This document shows, one piece after another, positions 33,952 through 37,344 of a stretch of 37,344 bases of DNA. The position numbers and the translations under genes were made by a program. Origin of the DNA: a virus (taxonomy: Duplodnaviria > Caudoviricetes); the IMG/VR virus record IMGVR_UViG_3300021371_000049, positions 1 to 37,344 of that record. The stretch is one strand, 5' to 3'. The notes beneath the pieces were generated by a model. It was given only the letters and a program-made list of their open reading frames with translations. It was not told the origin of the DNA and ran no database searches. The first letter of the stretch is position 1, and the number at the start of each line of letters is the position of its first letter.

Positions 33952-35614
33952 ATTACCAGATCAGCTAAAAGACTTTAAGAACTTCGCTTATCTGGTCTGG
34001 AAGCACCTCAACCTTCCTGCACCTACTCCAGTACAATATGATATTGCAGACTATTTACAAAACAGCCCTCGTCGGGCAATCATAGAGGCTTTTCGGGGTG
34101 TCGGCAAGAGCTATCTCACAGCAGCTTTTGTCGTGCATCAGCTTCTCTTAGACCCCCAGAAGAAGTTCATGGTAGTCTCAGCGTCCAAGCAACGAGCTGA
34201 TGACTTCTCAACCTTTGCTCAAAGATTGATCATAGAGCTTCCCTTCTGTAAACACCTAATAGCTACAGAAGGTCAACGTTGGTCTAAGATAGCTTTCGAC
34301 GTAAAACCTGCACTGGCTAGTGGTAGTCCCTCAGTCAAATCCGTTGGGATCACTGGTCAGTTGACAGGTAGTCGAGCCGACATTATTATCGCAGATGACA
34401 TCGAAGTACCCAACAACTCGATGACCCAGATGATGCGAGAGAAACTTGGGGAGGCTGTGAAAGAGTTCGATGCTGTACTCAAGCCTGATGGAAAGATAAT
34501 CTATCTAGGCACTCCCCAGTGTGAAATGAGTCTGTACAACACGCTAACTGAGCGTGGCTACGAAATGAGAGTATGGACAGCACGTTACCCTACCCTAGAA
34601 CGCTCTGAGAGAGCCTATGGGGAACGTTTAGCCCCTACCCTAAGGAAAGCCCTACAGGAAGACCCAAAGGGCTTAGAAGGGCAACCAGTGGACATAGACA
34701 GGTTTGACGACGATGATCTACTAGAGCGTGAGCTATCATACGGTAGATCAGGCTTTGCACTCCAGTTTATGCTCGATACCAGTATGTCAGACATAGACAG
34801 ATACCCTCTCAAGCTATCCGACCTAATGATTATGTCAGTAGATAAGGATAAGATGCCTGAGAAGCTCGTGTATGGCGTTATGAAGGAGGTTAGGGATATA
34901 CCTAACGTTGGGCTTAGGGGAGATAAGTTCTTCGCTCCTGAGGCTTCTGTGGGGGACTACGTGGACTTTACAGGTTCAGTACTCGTGGTAGATCCATCTG
35001 GTAGAGGTAAGGATGAGACTGCCTACGCTGTAGTCAAGATGCTCAATGGTTTTCTGTATGTTCCTGAGTGTTGTGGACTACAGGGTGGTTATGACGAAAG
35101 AACCCTTAAGAAACTCGTTGAAATAGCTAAGAATCATAAGGTCAACGCTGTGCTCATTGAGAGTAACTTTGGTGACGGTATGTTTACTGAGCTACTTAAA
35201 CCTTACCTGAAGAATGGTTATCCTGTAAGCATTGAAGAGGTACGACACAGCAAACAGAAGGAAAGACGTATAATTGACACACTAGAGCCAGTTATGAACC
35301 AACATAGGTTAGTAATTGATCCTAAAGTAATCCAGAAGGACTACGATAGTGTACAGAGTCTACCTGCTGAGAAAGCCCAGAAGTATATGCTCACATACCA
35401 ACTTACCAGACTAACCGCATACAAAGGCTCACTAGCCCATGATGATAGACTGGATGCTCTGGCAATGGGGGTGGCTTACTGGACAGAACAGATGGCTTCT
35501 GATGTTAATGAGGAGATGAAGGAAAGACAGGCACAACTGCTTGCCGATCATCTTGAAAACTTTGCAAGTGGCTACAATGTAGTCAAAGGAAGGAGACAGA
35601 ACTCTTGGATATAA
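33944..35614 (+). CDS. terL: Terminase large subunit (gp19-like)
   Basis: Walker A AFRGVGKS, GSRADIIIADD, LGTPQ, DPSGRG.DE, HDDRLDA. Confidence 0.97.
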   Translation: MDKLPDQLKDFKNFAYLVWKHLNLPAPTPVQYDIADYLQNSPRRAIIEAFRGVGKSYLTAAFVVHQLLLDPQKKFMVVSASKQRADDFSTFAQRLIIELPFCKHLIATEGQRWSKIAFDVKPALASGSPSVKSVGITGQLTGSRADIIIADDIEVPNNSMTQMMREKLGEAVKEFDAVLKPDGKIIYLGTPQCEMSLYNTLTERGYEMRVWTARYPTLERSERAYGERLAPTLRKALQEDPKGLEGQPVDIDRFDDDDLLERELSYGRSGFALQFMLDTSMSDIDRYPLKLSDLMIMSVDKDKMPEKLVYGVMKEVRDIPNVGLRGDKFFAPEASVGDYVDFTGSVLVVDPSGRGKDETAYAVVKMLNGFLYVPECCGLQGGYDERTLKKLVEIAKNHKVNAVLIESNFGDGMFTELLKPYLKNGYPVSIEEVRHSKQKERRIIDTLEPVMNQHRLVIDPKVIQKDYDSVQSLPAEKAQKYMLTYQLTRLTAYKGSLAHDDRLDALAMGVAYWTEQMASDVNEEMKERQAQLLADHLENFASGYNVVKGRRQNSWI

Positions 35615-35865
35615 ATGATTACCCAATGGTACGTGTAACTTGGAGAGATGCTCAAGACTCTGATGGTACTTGGACAGACATGAAAGACATTATCAATCAT
35701 GAATGTGCAATATGTCAGGAAGTTGGTTATCTTGTAGTCGATAACAGTGAGAAGGTTATCGTAATGAGGTCTAGGATTGTGTCTGCCGAAGAGGACACTG
35801 GGGGTGCTTATATAGCCATTCCTAAGTCGTGGGTTGTTCAGATTGACTATTTGACAACTGCTTGA
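35605..35865 (+). CDS. Phage hypothetical protein
   Basis: AGGAG RBS before TTG; VTWRDA...VGYL...IP pattern. Confidence 0.75.
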   Translation: MDINDYPMVRVTWRDAQDSDGTWTDMKDIINHECAICQEVGYLVVDNSEKVIVMRSRIVSAEEDTGGAYIAIPKSWVVQIDYLTTA

Positions 35866-35880
35866 TTTCTTTGGTATAAT
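35851..35880 (+). promoter_or_regulatory. Consensus sigma70 promoter overlapping phage promoter 3
   Basis: TTGACA (35851-35856), 18 nt, TGn-TATAAT (35875-35880). Confidence 0.6.
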
Positions 35881-35898
35881 TTATTATCGACACTAAGG
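35880..35898 (+). promoter_or_regulatory. Phage RNAP promoter 3 (phiOR-like position)
   Basis: TTTATTATCGACACTAAGG, same 16-nt core. Confidence 0.8.
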
Positions 35899-36048
35899 GG
35901 AGCATGGAGGCTCAAAAATGAAGAAAAAATGTGAATGGTCTTTTTGATGAAAGGGACTGCCGTAAGTACCCCATAGGGTACTGGAGGTAAGCTCTAAGAA
36001 AAAGGAGCTGCTTGCAGCTACCTTAGAGCCTTGGGGTTGACCTTAGGA

Positions 36049-36145
36049 TCTTAAGGAGAGTGGAAGGAGGAACGACTGACATCCTTAAGGATCCTAAGGG
36101 TCTTAAAGGAGAGCGGAAGGAGCTTGCGACTGACATCCTTTAAGG
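36049..36145 (+). repeat. Imperfect ~43-bp direct repeat in a CCTTAG/CTTAAGG-rich region
   Basis: 36049-36090 versus 36101-36145 share AGGAGAG-GGAAGGAG and CGACTGACATCCTT. Confidence 0.85.
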
Positions 36146-36250
36146 CACTTAGGTGTCTCTGAGAGGCATCTATTTTTGACACCTTAGGACACTTGAGAGA
36201 AGCTCGAGCTAAGCGAGTAGGCTCCCTAGCCACGAGCAGTCTAGGCGGAC

Positions 36251-36279
36251 ACAACAAAGCCTACCATCTCTGGCAGGCT
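36251..36279 (-). terminator. Terminator for the leftward gene
   Basis: Minus strand AGCCUGCCA-GAGA-UGGUAGGCU then UUGUUGU; the G-U pair works only on the minus strand. Confidence 0.7.
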
Positions 36280-36306
36280 CTGAGGCTCCTTAGGGTTGGC
36301 TGTGGG

Positions 36307-36888
36307 TTACGCTGCTTTTTCTAACAGGCTGCCAAGGTATCGTGTGACTGCCGACACCTGAGAGGCATCGAGTTTCATAAGCAAGTCAATCGCTTGTTGG
36401 TGTGCAGGGCTGATCTGCTCCTCTTCAATCTCCTTAAGCTCTGCCATTACTTCGGCTGTCGCTGCTGCCGATTTCTCTGCGCCAAGGGCTGCGGCGACGT
36501 CGTCATTGGCTGCGCTTGCTGTCTCCTTCTCTGCTTTTATCAGCGCACGCATTTGAGTGATGCCGTCTTTTATCGCTTGATCTCTGTCTGCTTGGTCAAT
36601 CTTAAGCTGACAAAATTGACGGAATGTTGACAGGATATTGGGCGGAGTTGATACCTTATAGCCTTGGCGGTAAATACCATTAAGGCTCGGATACTTCCAA
36701 CCCTCTTGAGCGTTGATGGCATCAGTTAATTTTTTATTTAAAATGTTGAACTGATCCAAATTGCCCGCACTCAAAATATGCTTATATGACGCTATCATCA
36801 ATTGGCTGATTTCTTCCGTCACTTTTGTCTCGATTAATGCAGCGTCAATAGTGTTTTGTAATTGCTTTTTAAATGATAATGCTTTCAT
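36307..36888 (-). CDS. Only leftward gene; helical hypothetical protein (193 aa)
   Basis: AGGA RBS, upstream promoter and downstream terminator. Confidence 0.85.
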   Translation of the reverse strand: MKALSFKKQLQNTIDAALIETKVTEEISQLMIASYKHILSAGNLDQFNILNKKLTDAINAQEGWKYPSLNGIYRQGYKVSTPPNILSTFRQFCQLKIDQADRDQAIKDGITQMRALIKAEKETASAANDDVAAALGAEKSAAATAEVMAELKEIEEEQISPAHQQAIDLLMKLDASQVSAVTRYLGSLLEKAA

Positions 36889-36941
36889 GAGAATGATTCC
36901 TATTTAGGTTAAATTTAAGTATACCGTTTCGGTATGCCTTT

Positions 36942-36971
36942 ATTATAACGCCAAACAATAAAGAATTGCAA
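36942..36971 (-). promoter_or_regulatory. Leftward sigma70 promoter
   Basis: TTGCAA (36971-36966), 18 nt, TATAAT (36947-36942). Confidence 0.7.
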
Positions 36972-36995
36972 CTCTCACTCAGTGAGACCTATAAT
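36966..36995 (+). promoter_or_regulatory. Rightward sigma70 promoter with operator-like site 4 (36973-36987) in its spacer
   Basis: TTGCAA, 18 nt containing TCTCACTCAGTGAGA, TATAAT. Confidence 0.7.
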
Positions 36996-37206
36996 ATATT
37001 ATGGTAATAATACCACAAAATAAACCTTGACAAGAGCGAACACCCTTCCTATCAACAATCATTCTATCTTAAAGTCACCTATCGTCTGTCTTTGTATAAG
37101 AAGCGTACACTCAATGCGCTACGTCGCATATAACGTCAGCTCTGCTGACAGTGAGCGAAGCGAATAACAAAGAGTGACTCTGCTTGCAGAGGCATTATCA
37201 AGCAAG

Positions 37207-37221
37207 TCTAACTGAATGAGA
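37207..37221. promoter_or_regulatory. Degenerate palindrome copy 5
   Basis: TCTAACTGAATGAGA, 13/15 match to site 3. Confidence 0.45.
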
Positions 37222-37250
37222 CCCAACAACTTTGGTGTTGAGACAGAGGT

Positions 37251-37344
37251 CTCTTTCAGTTGGACTTGCTGCTTTTGACCTTGACTTTGACCTTGACTTT
37301 GACTTTGACTTTGACTTTGACTCTGAGCCTTGGCGAGTGTCCAT
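37251..37344. repeat. Right copy of terminal repeat, with 8 TTGACY hexamers (37275-37322)
   Basis: Matches 1-88 plus one extra TTGACT. Confidence 0.95.

Noticed and set aside
36051-36257. Minus-strand 68-aa ORF in the repeat region
   Set aside because: Starts within the leftward terminator, and its internal duplication only reflects the DNA repeat
37027-37055. TTGACA-17-TATCAA promoter
   Set aside because: The -10 lacks the conserved final T; too weak to call
1-37344. Integrase, ligase, T7 lysozyme, tRNA or intein
   Set aside because: No supporting motifs seen by eye; absence not confirmed by searches

Overview
The window looks like a complete, roughly 37.3 kb T7-like podovirus (Autographiviridae-type) genome, with the first 88 nt repeated at the end. 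Almost all genes are on the + strand in T7-like order: small early genes, a T7-family RNA polymerase, SSB, endonuclease I, primase/helicase, DNA polymerase A, exonuclease, DUF3310, MazG-like protein, class II RNR, portal, scaffold, capsid, tail and core proteins, a modular tail-fibre region, lysis genes and terminase. I saw no integrase, tRNA or CRISPR array. The main oddities are these. (1) The RNA polymerase is encoded as two ATGA-coupled ORFs, split at the position equivalent to T7 RNAP residue ~301. (2) I found only three phage-type promoters (core TTTATTATCGACACTA), and each has an IHF-like box at near-constant spacing upstream. (3) A 15-bp palindrome occurs 4-5 times around host-type promoters, including a bidirectional promoter that shares one -35 hexamer and drives the only leftward gene. 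(4) A TIGR03790-like protein lies in the tail module. (5) The lysis cassette has no visible spanin but carries an AMP-like peptide. All family calls are motif recognition by eye, not database searches.
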